64,000 nt of DNA. Source: Antedon mediterranea. Taxonomy: Eukaryota; Animalia; Echinodermata. The stretch is from positions 4,030,001 to 4,094,000 of the forward strand of contig NC_092674.1 in the NCBI RefSeq assembly GCF_964355755.1, read 5' to 3'. The number at the start of each line of letters is the position of its first letter. Position 1 is the stretch's first letter. The translations under genes and the position numbers were made by a program. The notes beneath the pieces are model-generated. The model did not search any database, had not been told where the DNA came from, and saw only the letters and a list, made by a program, of their open reading frames with translations. Of this stretch, positions 50,355 through 63,585 are shown one piece after another.

Positions 50355-53069
50355 AAACTGAAGAACAAAAATGAAGGAATAGTGTTGTAAAGAAACCCTT
50401 ATCACACTTCTGCAATATTTAAGGATTTTACTAAAATTTTTAATATTAATGATTTTATTATGCTACACTCATCACAAAAATAGCAAAATTCATGAACGTA
50501 AACGTGGAGTTTTATTGAAAACCGGGGGCCATTCATTTTTAAAGATTAGTTAGATAAGATTTATTCAAAAGCGTTTTACCAACAAAGTTAACTTTGTCAA
50601 AAATAAAGCATTTAAGAAGTGCGTTTTTAAGAATGTTGTTGTGTAAATAACATACATACTGAATTAACATGTTTATTATAATGATCAGTTCAAAGAAGGG
50701 AAAAGGGAAATAATGCGTTTGAAAGCTACATGAGTTCTACCGTTATGTGTTTGTATGTGTGTACGAATATTTTCTTGTTGAAGAAATGAAAGTTCCCACA
50801 CAAGACTAGAAAAAAGAAAGACGTGTGTTGCATGTCATCAACACACGTCCAACAGCGACAAACACATGACGTAAAAAGATAAGAAACAATATGACTTTCG
50901 TAGAATTACACATGCAGATAAACTTTGTATACCTCCATAATGAGACAAATCATGCTCAATACGAACTCAAGATTCGAAAATAATTTATGACTAAAAAAAG
51001 TAGGCCTACTATTCCGTATGTTTGTTTCCATTATAAGATGTTTATGTGTACCAAAATTGTCGCCTGTTATTCATTGTTTTTCTTTTTCACTTCACTTTTT
51101 ATGCTTTCATGCTAGCTAAGAATAACTTTATTCCATGACGTATGTGAAGAAACTATTTCAATTTCAATCTATTACTTGTATATACTTATAATAAAAACAT
51201 GAAAACAATATACATTTTTTGTGTCCTTTTTTCTAAGCATTTTTACTTTCTTTATCAGAATGAATTGCGGTAGCCTACATATGATGATATTATAAAAAGT
51301 AGGCCTAAACACGGGCGCGGATTTAGGCAGCACCCATCTCCCCCCCCCCCCCCAACCACTAAATTTCAACAGACTTGCCTTTTTTAGATAATGACTTATC
51401 TGCAACCCGACGGATCGTTTTTATCATTTATATAATATTTACCCCGACCCTACACACACAGTGATGGCGCCTTCCTCGGGGAGTATTGAGTAATTTGACC
51501 ATATTTGTCGGGGAGAAAAATAAGATCATTTATTTTCTAGTAAAAAAAAAACAAATTAAGTGTACTACTCTTTATTTTAAGTAGGCCTAACTGCGGCATT
51601 CCATTTTTGACGTACGTTCGAGGGCTATACACTTTATGCATGCTGACTGTCAGCGAAGTAAACAGTATGTGGTACGCATTTGTCTGGCGGTGGTGTCTCT
51701 TTGTACGAATCATTCATGACCCGGCCGGTTCACTGCGGTATACTCGTCGACATATCTGGGCTGTATCATATTACATCCAGGGACCAAAATGTGTATTTTC
51801 CAGATTCCAGGCGAAAATCGGAAATCCATTTGCAACTACACATCAACGTACGTTCATACAGGGAAAGGTACGAGTTATGTTCTCACGGTTGAGTTTACGA
51901 ATTGTTTCAATTTACGAATAACCATTTGTGTACGGCGTATATGTTCGCTGTCGAGGGGTTTGGGTGGGGGTTCGAGTGGGGGAAAGGAAGCGGTTGGCAC
52001 GAACCATAAAACACGGTCTGGTCACGTTTCTTTTTCGGGCATAAAGATATAAAAATAAATAAATAAAAGTAAAATAAAATTATCCTTAAATGTCTAATAT
52101 CGTCGTAACTGTCAAAATTTGTAGGGGCTTCGCCCTCGTACCAATCTCGACTTCCCTCCCCCCCCCCCCCCCACACCTAATTTATAATGCTGGATCCGCC
52201 CCTGTGTACAGTGTTTACGAGCTCTGAAATCCCGAGTAGACCTCTTGCTGATGTGATGATGCTTGAATATGTTTGCCTAGGTTTATGTTTAACCCTCCGT
52301 AGTGTGAATAATGTTGCGTTTAAACCACCTCATTTTAATACACCACATTGTGGGGTTATTTTGTATCTCAGCTCATAGATCGCCAACGGAGGTTGCATAA
52401 CAAATATGTGTATACGACCTCTCACTTTTTTATAGTAGGTCTACATTCCAATATTATTTTCAGTTTCGATTCTATATAATCTATTTGCGTTCCATTGAAC
52501 TTTGACTTGTGACGTTTCATCTCCTTTATGACTACTACTGTAGTATTGTTTATAATCCACTGCTACCAATAATAAGCTGCATGTCTGGTTGGATGATTTT
52601 GTTCGGTGTGCCAATGCTAGTACCTATCTATAGGCCTACCTCCAGTGCGTTTTCTGTGAATGAAATTGATTTTTTGTGAAAGTACATTTCAATTATTATT
52701 AGTAAGTCGTTTATTTTCATTTTCTTATATATGAGCACAATACATTAAGATATACTGTTGTAGTGTATGTTTTGGGCAGGCTAAGAAAGTTAGTGGAATT
52801 AGTGGCCTATTCTATGTTGTATACATGATAGCCTAATGATGGGAGGGGCAGTCCGGGCCGGGGCAGTCGGATCACAATGCATTATTATTAATTTCCAAAA
52901 AATATTATCATGAATTATTTTAATATGTTGGCATAGTGATTATAATTCTGATTTATTTAATTTGTACAACATTTTTCAAAATTAATTTTAGCATTTCAGT
53001 TTTCCCGAAATCCTATTTTACCTTAATTTTCTGCCGGAGGCATCGATGGCGTTCCATACTGACTACTGT

Positions 53070-53385
53070 ACTTTAATTGTGCGAGGAGCTTTCGAATTTG
53101 TTGCGGACTTCTTTAATTGTGCGAGGAGCTTTCGAATTCGTTGCGGACTTCTTTAATTGTGCGAGGAGCTTTCGAATTTGTTGCGGACTTCTTTAATTGT
53201 GCTTAGCTCTTCTTTAATTGCGCGTTTCTTTTTTATTTGTGCATTTCGTTTTATATTTTCATGCTTTCTTTTGTTTATATGCGATTTCTTCTTTAATTGT
53301 GCGATTTCTTCTTTAATTGTGTGATTTCTTCTTTAATTGTGTAATTCCTTCTTTAATTGTGTGATTCTGTGTTATAGTGTGCGTG
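53070..53385 (+). repeat. Tandem repeats: 40-bp unit x3 followed by 20-bp units (TTTCTTCTTTAATTGTGCGA)
   Basis: CTTTAATTGTGCGAGGAGCTTTCGAATTTGTTGCGGACTT repeated; likely the interior of a non-autonomous element. Confidence 0.85.
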
Positions 53386-54176
53386 ACAGTTGTGGGCCAC
53401 CGTAAAAATCAGTATGGCATATACAACAAAATATAACTGTTTTCACTGCTGAGGATAATAAATAATATATTGAATTTTAACGCCTAGATACTTCCAGTGC
53501 GAATACAAAATAATAATAATGTACAGTATTAGTATGTATTTTCAAATGCTGCAAGACATGAGACCCGAAATAGGCTAGGCCTAGGTGGCAGCGCACGTGC
53601 ATACCTAGCTAGAGCTAGGGTGTGTGGGAAGTGTAGCTAGTGTGCTGGGTTGTGTACATCTCCACGATGCCTCACGGTGGTACGATGAAGGAGGCGGGGA
53701 AGGAGGATATGGAGGCCTGATAAAAAGTGATCGTAGCGGGGATCGTAGGTAGGCCTACTACTCTAAATCCTAGCTCATCTAAGCCAAATGGGTCAAATAA
53801 AAAACTATATTTAATCTGCTTCTTTGTTATCAGGAACAATATCGGAATTATGGAAAACATTTTGTAAAATCATCATCGCGCAATCAAGAAGCAGAGAGAA
53901 AACATTTCTTTTGCATAATATGCATGAGACTCTGTGACGACACGCTTTAACGTGACGTCATTTTACTTTAGCTGCATGCGAAGAAGTAGTCACCGTTGTG
54001 AACTCCTCATCTTCTATAATATTGTATAAAGTGATCTTTTAATACGCCTATAATAATATTCTATTTTTTTATTAATGATATCCTCATTTTGTCAATTAAT
54101 AGGAATAATTTAATATGGCAGATAATAGTTTTCATAAAATAGACTCTTTTGTTCTCCCAGAATTGACATACAATCA

Positions 54177-55950
54177 ATGGCAGCGAATAACTCGGGGAAT
54201 AACTATACACTCAACATCTTACTTAAAGAACTTAATAAAGACTTTTCTAGTAGTACCAAATACAATTGGTTGAGGTGTATTTTACACGATAGCCTAACAG
54301 TTGATGAGTTATCACCGGAAAAACAAATCAGCATCGCAGTTATTTCTTCCACTCGGTGATACAAAAGGTGTTATCTCCGAGACAGATGTGGAGATTTTGC
54401 TGGAAATTGCCAAGTTAATAGAGCACTAATCGGCAATAACACGTATAGAAGAGTATAAGGAAAACACCAAGAGATATAATGGCAAAAGCGTAGAAAGAAT
54501 AACACCCTTTCGTAAAGCGCTTTTTAAAGCTTTAAAAAATGTCGGACGTAAAGAATTAGCCGACATAACCGCCTTCTACTCTAAAGAATCCGGAGACTTT
54601 GCGACAATATGGGATTTTGTGTTCTACCTCGAAACACATGAAGACATATTATTGGACAGCACACGTGAGAAAACTGAAAGATTTGCTAAACTTCTTAACG
54701 GAATAGCAAAGAGTAAATTGCAAGGTAATAGTTGAGGCCTCCTCCTCTATCAAAGCATATGGTACTATTAAAGAAGAATTAACCCACATTTATCTATTAG
54801 CCTACCCTGATGTTTTATGGGGGAACTGATTAGGTATTTTAGATATATATTCATTGGCAAATACATTTGGAATTAGGCCTACTGTTATGTGGTTCATTGA
54901 ATTCAATATTCGATATTTGACTATTAGGGGTCTACAGGTGGAATCTTTGTGATACAATGATAATAATTGTTTTATTTGCTTTTACCTATAGAACTTCAGC
55001 ACACTGGTCTGACTTCGGGTCAGTGTGATAAAATATATTTATAGTAATAGCGTTTATTTCAATTCAGTCATTTTCACTTCATTTTTTAAATATTTGCAGT
55101 TTATATAGATACACTACAACTGGTGAAGGCTACAGACGGGCGACCTACACCAGAAGGAGAGCCGTCTTCAACCATGGAGGAATCCGCGCGTGCTTCAACA
55201 AGGACATAAATCTGGTAACAGGATATCTATTTTTGTCCACACTGTCTCAGCACAAACCTCTGTATATAATTCACTGTACTATAAAATATTTCCCACGAAC
55301 GAATAATAAGCGTGATGTCCATATATGGAACATAGTTGTTTTCTACGATTCTCAGATGAATTCAACTCTTTTTCGAAAATTACATTTTCATGTTAGTTAG
55401 GCTTACATGTTTTCATGATTAAGTAGTCTTATCTTCCAAATCATTTTGTATTTGTTTTTTCCAATGTTCAATGTCATAGAGATGGCATTATGGTTGGAAA
55501 ATTGGGAAAATTAATTAACTAAAAGTAATAGGCCTAAGGCATTTAATTAAAAACTGATCTTTCAGAAAAATAGAAAAATAAACATACAGGGTACTTTGAA
55601 TTTCACTCTTCCCTGATTTGAATCAAGCTCTCTGATGTTCTCATTTTAGGTGATTGGAGAGATGGAAGGTTTGGCCGAGTAAATGATGAATGGCTGCCTA
55701 CCTTCCCTGAGTTCCGTAAATACCCCGGTATGCATTCCAAACTGAGAAGTGGCGAAAGTTAGTCGAGTTCCGTCACGACTTCGGTAAGAAAAAGAAAAAC
55801 CCTATTTTGATAGACTGTGGACTGAAGAGCCAGAAGATGTTACTACTTCAACTAGAGAAGAAAATACGTCCATCGGAAAGTTGGAAAAAACCATAACTAC
55901 CTACTATAAAGACAATGAAATGAACAACTTGATGCTGCAATTCATTATGA
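54177..55950 (+). pseudogene. Third, disabled copy of the DED-only gene
   Basis: KYNWLRCIL, DVEILLEIAKL, IWDFVFYLE, LDSTREKTERFAKLLN homologous to copies 1 and 2; frameshift near 54325 and in-frame TAA at 54427-54429; decayed last exon at 55650-55950 (VIGEMEG...LPTFPEF). Confidence 0.85.
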
Positions 55951-57324
55951 TTCCTTTGCAAGTTGTTTGAGAATATACATATATTAAAAAAAAAACAATA
56001 TATTAGGCCTACCAAATAGATATACCTGAAACTCTATGTTTCTCAAGAAATCGTTTTTTTTTTTTTAAATTGTATCAGTTGTGTCTCTTTTTTTGTGTGT
56101 ATAGTTCTTGAATCATGTAGGCCTACTAAATGATAACTTGTATAAATAGTTTTATAGTAAGTAACGGCCTTGTGAAAAACACCAATATGGTGATTCAATT
56201 AAGTGTTGCATTCGTTTTTAAATAGGGCCTAAAGTTGTTATTATTATTAGTATATAGGCCTAATATTATTTCGACTTATCTGTCTAGATTATTGGCCCAC
56301 TCTTCAAAATAATGATTATGTAACATTCCTTTTAGTGCCGTTATTTTAAAAAGGTCACAGGTTACATCAAATGTTTGTAAGGATCAGATTGTGTATAACA
56401 CGACACCAATAACGATTGTTGTCTATTCATCAACAAAAAGCGCGGATTATCAGGAAGAGTAAATTAAATTAAAAAGGCGGGAAAATAAATTGTAATTTTA
56501 CTCTTCCTTGATTATCATCTTATCTTAATTATATATGTTGGAATAGAAAGCAAATTGGATGTGTCACGAACTTACTGGAGAACAATTGTTAGGCCTACGA
56601 TTGAACTAACTTTTGGGCAGAAGTTTTTTTTACCATTACCAGAGGCCGGAGATGATCTAGTAGTGTTTACCTTTTTTATTTTTTATTCTCATTGTAACCA
56701 AATTGCCAAGGATAACCACAAATGAATTCATTCACTATTCTTGTCAAATGGCAATTCTGTTCACAAGACAATAGTTGTCAATGTCCGTTGTTGTGTTATT
56801 ATTTTAATCGTATTTTAAAACTAAATTCCGTATTGATGGTTTATACATAATCACAACATCCTTTCTCTTTAAATGTTCGTTGTGTACTGTTTGAACCTTA
56901 TGACTTTCGCTTTCCATTTTATTTATGCACTTTTGTATACGCTTTTACTTTTAATTGTAGACCTCGCCTATTTTTATTGATCCCGACTCTCATTGGATTT
57001 CGAGCGATTTTTGCACAAGATTTTAATAAAGCATGCAAGCACAACATGAAAATAAAGTTTTAAAAATAATCAAACTTTTGATAGGCCATTTTGTAGTTTT
57101 AATAAAGTCATTCACTTTTGACAACAAAGTTGAATTGAATAATAAGACATCAGTTAGGCCTATACTCAGAGATTGGGTGGTTTAGACTTCCATCCCGGCT
57201 GATTGACAGACTATTTCTCAGGTAATTATTTTAATGATAATAATATCTTTGAGTATTATTAACGTCGGAATATGAGGCTAGGGCTACATCGTAGGGAAAA
57301 TCACATTAGCATAAAGTGTGAGAG

Positions 57325-57531
57325 ACCGGATTGCGCGGAAAATCCGAGAATCGCGCGCATAAAAAATAATTATACGTCCACAAAAACTATAGAGGGCGTG
57401 AATTAATGACATATGAATGAATTTTTAGGGAGGCAAGGCAGCAGAGCAGCAGACTATCGTTAGTTGGTTTTGTTGACGTTATGGACAGGGTTGTCTCTAA
57501 TACTTAAATTATTCAAAGACATATTTATCAG
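57325..57531 (+). promoter_or_regulatory. Possible CpG-rich promoter/non-coding first exon of a downstream gene
   Basis: Local CpG cluster, GGGCGTG box and CAG/GTAAAT donor at 57531; candidate non-coding exon 61916-62072 (TTTACAG...AAG/GTAAGC); no coding evidence. Confidence 0.3.
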
Positions 57532-58788
57532 GTAAATTTTAATAATTTGTTATATCAATCATTAGTGAATCAATTAGCAGATTTATGAGCATATAAATTG
57601 ACATTAATACAAGGGAATTCCAACTGTTTGCCTGTGTATACATGACACGGTTGATGGTCGCTACCGTCGCATCTGATTAGCAGCAAGAAACAGGAACACC
57701 GAAGCAGCTTGGCTTGGTTGTCATTTTATCCAGGGAGGTGTGTACTGTTGGTTGTTGTTTATAAAACAAGTTTGTAGCTAGCTAGCTCATCAATGCATTA
57801 TGATAATGTAATAAAGATTTGTTTTGTTATTTAAAATGTATGTGCCATATTAAGGTTAAATTTAGGCTTATTTATTGTTAATTAATATCCTGTTGGTGTT
57901 TTTGCTATTTTTATAGGCCTAATAATAATAATATTGATACTGTCAGCATGTTTTATTATTTGTTTGCACAGCCTAGCCTACCTTTCTCTACTACTAGAAA
58001 ATATAATTACAAAGCAAGATTTGTTGGGTCTGACCCAATGAGGTCAGAGAAACCGGATACGAGTATTATTCCTGCTTGACTCCAAACAAATCTGTTATTT
58101 TAATTTTTTTTTCTACAATTTGCAGTTATCAACAGACTGAGATCAAATCAAAATCTAGCATCATCATTATTATCATCATCAGCATCATCTTCCTTTCCTT
58201 TACTGTGTATCCTTGTTTGAATATATCGGCCAACATGTGCTGTGCGTCCCTTGCGCAGTTAGACACACTCAAAAGAAACTCGGATACAGTGTCCAATAGT
58301 TAAAATTCTGCAAACGTTGGCAGTATGTTTTGATTAAATACGAAGTCAGCATAACAGCTAATTTTCAATTATTGTCGCATCATTGTTATTCTAATTAAAC
58401 TATTAAATTAGGCTATTAAGTAGATCAGTTGCAATAAGTAATTTAGTATCCCCAAGATACAATACATCTTGCATTAGTGCGTTATAAAATATACTCCCTA
58501 CAGACTAGATTGCGTCCATCTATGGACTTTTATTTCTGTCAAAGAGCAACTCCATGTTTAAATCATCTAAACTTTAGTTATACAATCAATTTTCCATATT
58601 GACCAATTATTATCCCATGCATGCAAGTATAATCCCACCCCCAAATTTAGCCTTAATAAGGTGTACTATTATATGACGTACTGCACACTACTGTGAAATA
58701 GGAGTGTACAGACTGTACACATAGGTTGTATCAGTAATTAGAGGGTGTACGGTGAGTTAGAGGAGGGTATACAGTTCTACAATACATT

Positions 58789-58947
58789 AAGCTCTACACT
58801 ATCAAACTAGTTTGACAAAAAAAGTGTGATGTGCCCAAATATGGCAGTGATATGCTCAAATATGGTAGTGATATGACATGATCATCATGTCCATATGTGC
58901 ACATCACATTTTTTTGTCACATAAAGTTTGATAGTGTAGACAGAGCC
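58789..58947 (-). mobile_element. MITE family M copy
   Basis: TIRs CTACACTATCAAACT / AGTTTGATAGTGTAG, reverse orientation. Confidence 0.88.
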
Positions 58948-59333
58948 TAATAGATAGAGGAAGAGATTGTTAAAATAATATAGGGTGTACAGAAGAAAAC
59001 AATTTGTTTCCTTTTAATAATTACAGTATTTATAGATTATCTGTGCTGAATGATTTTCTTCCTGTTATTAGTGTTATCATGGAGGTATAAAATATATAAC
59101 GTATACAAATTTGTTATACCTCCATGGTGTTATTCAACTTTTCCCTCTATGATCTACCTTCATATCAAAAGCCAATTAGCATTAATTATCATATCTAGAT
59201 AATATGAAGTCTGCTGATTGTTTTGTTGTTTATGTAATCCTCTAAGTCATCTTCACCTACAGTGAGTTTATTGTGTGATATCACTGTCTGCAGTAGGAGC
59301 AACCTAATACAATGTGTCTCTCATGATACCTAA

Positions 59334-60047
59334 GGGCCTGTTCGTAGGGGTTGAAAATACCAGCTTATTCCCGATTTCCGTTCGCGTGATCCAATTAACT
59401 TTTGCCTCAGGCTACAAAAAATTCGAGGTAAAATGTTCACCAAATTTGCAGGTTATTTCAGCGATAATCCAATTATACTCGGCCTTCGAGGATAATAAAT
59501 CTCCGATAGAGGCAATGTGTCAAATTTTGACAAACGTTCGCTGCCTAGGCCCGTCATTTCTCCTACGAAGCTCTTCCATACACGCTTCGAGAGCGATCGT
59601 CAGCTGGTGCTGTCCTTGTTGGTGTAGACCGCTTAGTAGGCCTCTGGTCGGGGAGCCGCTGGTCGGTGGTGTTTCCGTCGTGTAACATTGGGCTCAAATT
59701 CTTCGTCAATGAGTAAAATAATGGTCGTCAGGAGAAGGCATATTTCGGCAGGATTATCGGCGTTAAGAGGCATAAGGTTTGTCGCAAGGATAAGCAGTGT
59801 AAAAGGTAGCAAGTAATTGTTATTGTAAAGAAAGAGCGCGAAAATATACAACACGAAACTAGTGTGCGAAATAAATGGGGTCGTAGGTTGTAAAGACAAC
59901 TGACCTTAAAACGTAATTTCCGGTTTGTGATTCGTCGATTAAGCATTTATAAGCGGTTAAATATTTCAAGTACGAACAACGCTCAATTTATAACCTGAGG
60001 CATGGGTGAAATTAAGCGCTTATTTTAACCACCGTACGAACACGACC
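59334..60047. mobile_element. PIF/Harbinger-like deletion derivative
   Basis: Imperfect TIR GGGCCTGTTCGTAGGGGTTGAAAATA / TATTTTAACCACCGTACGAACACGACC, TAA on the left flank, GC-richer interior with broken reading frames. Confidence 0.65.
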
Positions 60048-60289
60048 ATAGATATTTATTCATAATTATGCAGTTTTTCTGTCGTACCTAAATTATCTAA
60101 TTTACAAAACCTTGTCTTGTGTTGATTATTGATTTTTTTTTAAATTAATTTAAAATTGAAAAATCAGTATTAAATTTCATCTTTACATTATAAAAAAAAC
60201 TGTACTGCATATGTAATTCAAAATTATAATTAAATTTGATATTAAAATATGACAAATTGTATAATAAAATTCATTAAAATATATTTTTA

Positions 60290-61368
60290 ATCATCGTCAT
60301 CATGTCTTATTTTATAGTCTGTAATATCAAACATTTGATCATCATATCATCATCATATCATCATCATCATTGTCATCATATCATCATCATTCATCATCTC
60401 ATCATCATATCATCATCATATCATCATCATATCATCATCATCATCATATCATCATATCATCATCATCTCATCATTCATCATCTCATCATCATACCATCAT
60501 CATCATATCATCATCATCATATCATCATCATCATATCATCATCATCATCTCATCATATCATCATCATATCATCATCATATCATCATCATCATCTCATCAT
60601 ATCATCATCATCATCATATCATCATCATTCATAATCTCATCATCATATCATCATCATCATCATATCATCATCTCATCATCATATCATCATCATATCATCA
60701 TCTCATCATCATCATTGTCAACATCATCATCATCTCATCATCGTCATCATCAACATCATCATCATATCATCATCATCATCATCATATCATCGTCATCATT
60801 CATCATCTCATCATCATCATCGTCATCATTAACATCATCATCTTCTCATCATCATCTTCTCATCATCATCTCCTTATCATCATCTCCTTATCATCATCTT
60901 ATTTTATAGTCTGTAATATCAAACATTTGATCATCATATCATCATCATCATATCATCATCATCATCATATCATCATCATATCATCGTCATCATTCATATC
61001 ATCGTTATCATTCATCATATCATCGTTATCATTCATCTCATCATCATCATTGTCATCATCATCATCATCATCTCATCATCATCATCAACATCATCATCAT
61101 ATCATCATCTCATCATCTTCTTATCATCATCTAATCATCATCATCTCATCATCATCATCATCATCATTATCATCTCATCATCATCGTCATTATCAACATC
61201 ATTATCATCGTCATCATTAACATCATCATCTCCTTATCATCATCTCCTTATCATCTAATCATCGTCATCATCAACATCATCATCATATCATCATCTTATC
61301 ATTATCTCCTTATCATCATCTAATCATCATCATCATTATCATTATCTCATCATCATCATCATCATCAA
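60290..61368 (+). repeat. Degenerate (CAT)n microsatellite of about 1.1 kb
   Basis: CAT/CATAT/CATCT runs; spacer TCTTATTTTATAGTCTGTAATATCAAACATTTG occurs twice (about 60305 and 60897). Confidence 0.95.
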
Positions 61369-62909
61369 TATTCTTGTAAAGTGTAATTATTATATATAAT
61401 CTGAAAACACTGATGATATATCAATTTCCAAAATCAATTCTAACATCATAGAGGTTGTACAGTTTAAGTATGTTTGTTTAATGTTATGTAGTTATTATAT
61501 TCAAAGAGTGTAATATCCTTTAGTTTCTATTTACAGGGATTTTTGATACATTTTGGCAATCCTACGCATGTGATGTATTAATATCTTGATTATATTCCTT
61601 CTAATTTTAACTCTAAAATATATAAAAATTGAAAGGTAAATTATGACTGATTTATGAGGTAATGAAATTGATTATGACAGATTTGTGATTTAAGAACGTC
61701 ATTTGGATTTGGAAATTAATCAATTTACAATTTTATATAATATGTTTTTCTATATTTTCATCTCGTAATTTGTTCATAATATTGCTGGATACTGCTCAAT
61801 GACGCAAGTCATGTTTGTTATGTATGATATGAATAAGTAAATTAGATATTTAGCTGTTGTATTAATAAATCCATTAATAATAAATATAAAAATAAATTTG
61901 ATTGTTTGTTTACAGGATTAGATCATGTAATTATGTAATAAGCATTATAAATCCACCTGACTCGCAGTATAAAAGGTCAATAATTATAAGTATCAAGTAC
62001 AATAGTTAAGAGGTTACTTGATTCACTGAAACAAGTTAGTAGAGTCAAACTGCTAGAGGATAAATATTTTAAGGTAAGCGAAATGATGGTGGTACCATGG
62101 GACGTGCTCGACGGATTAGAGAACTTTTAACTTTTCGTATAATAGCCCTCTCTCTGACGAGCACAGACTTGCTTTAGTGCTACAGTACGACTCGAAGACT
62201 AAAACTCGTAGACAAGGCCCAACAATGTTTTGACTCGTCGGTGCTTTCTGAGTTAAATACCGACAATACGAGTCGTCTTGCGATAGCGTGGTAGTTTTTA
62301 GGTCGTTGCGAGAACTTTTAACACGACTAGTCTGAGTTTACCTTAAGAGGCACACGTTACAGACTACTGTACTAAAGCCACTGATTTGGTTTAATGTTTT
62401 TATTGTATTGAATGTTTGTACAGTATATACATCTTGAGTACAGTACTGTACACACTGACTGTATATCAACAAAGTGTCCACTTGCAAAATGTATTACGAT
62501 ATACTGTAGTTATCGGACAAATTTATCAACTTAAAGGGATTTAACTGAAATTCTTTATATTTTATAATCTTTGAATTAATATTTAATTTTTAACTAAAAG
62601 ACTGTACTGTACAGCTAGCATAATTTTATGGTTTCCTGGTTTTCATGTCAAAGGATATTATTGAAGTTCATAAGGAAAGGTGTGTATGAATTCAAGGAAC
62701 ACTTGGAAATAAGTTTAGTACTGTAAACTTAATATTTTACAACCACTTACTGTATACTATTACTGTATGAAATAGACTTCTTCCAGTTAACAATAACAAA
62801 CATCCTAATTGTTCAATTGAAGATCTTTACTACTGTAGTTTACCAACATTGAAAGGCATATTAATAACTAACTGGTAAACGAAAGCTACAAAATTTGCTT
62901 TTGCACCTA

Positions 62910-63066
62910 AAGCTCTGTCTACACTATCAAACTTTATGTCGACCAAAAAATGTGATGTGCCCATATATGGACATGATGATGTCATATCACTACCATATTT
63001 GGGCATATCACTACCATAAATGGGCACATCACAATTATTTTGTCAAACTACTTTTAGACAGAACTT
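62910..63066 (+). mobile_element. MITE family M copy, TA-flanked
   Basis: AAGCTCTGTCTACACTATCAAACT...AGACAGAACTT. Confidence 0.88.
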
Positions 63067-63263
63067 TACAGAGGTTTGTGTAGCCTTACTGTACCTGAAT
63101 AAATCAACGTAGGCCTTTTTTCCTTTGAGGGAACAAAAATCGAAATATAATCCAAACCTTAGCATCCTCCAAGATAGTGGTACCATGAGCCATGCGTTTA
63201 GGTAGGTGACACATCTTATCCTTCTTTTTTGCGATGTCAAAATGTGAACATCTTTCTTCTTGT

Positions 63264-63585
63264 GAGTGAGTGAGTGGCCGAGCGGTTAAGACAGTGGAAC
63301 CGTAATTACGTAGCCATAACATCGGCAAGGGTTCGAGGCTCACTCACTCCATGGTTCTGGTGGTAGAACGAGTCTTCTCGGATAAGGACTATAAACCGTA
63401 GGTCCAGTGTACACAACTAGCTCGTGTGCACTTTAAAGAACCTAGTACATCTTTCGAGACGACAAGGGGGTTACCCCGGTGTATTAGTACATCACAGTCA
63501 CTGATCACCAACTGGGTCCTCTGGGAGATCAGTCTTTGACTGAAGAGGTTACCCAGTATAAAAATGAACAAACAAACAAACAAAC
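63264..63585 (+). mobile_element. tRNA-derived SINE with Deu-domain-like core and (AAAC)n tail
   Basis: A box TGGCCGAGCGG, B box GGTTCGAGGC; core TCTTCTCGGATAAGGACTATAAACCGTAGGTCC...TTAAAGAACC...GGGGTTACCCCGGTGT resembles the DeuSINE domain as recalled. Confidence 0.78.

Larger units (their letters stand above)
40245..52370 (+). repeat. Tandem segmental duplication (unit 1 about 40245-46675, unit 2 about 46850-52370; degenerate third unit from about 52460)
   Basis: Collinear near-identical introns and flanks, e.g. 42190-42790 vs 48955-49548 and 43890-45055 vs 50455-51620. Confidence 0.93.

Noticed and set aside
53070-53200. CRISPR-like regular repeats
   Set aside because: Head-to-tail identical units without unique spacers, no cas genes, eukaryotic context
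59314-59946. ORFs inside the Harbinger-like element as an intact transposase
   Set aside because: Short, interrupted and without a recognisable DDE motif
60302-61220. His/Ser/Ile-rich ORFs
   Set aside because: Products of a (CAT)n microsatellite, open in several frames
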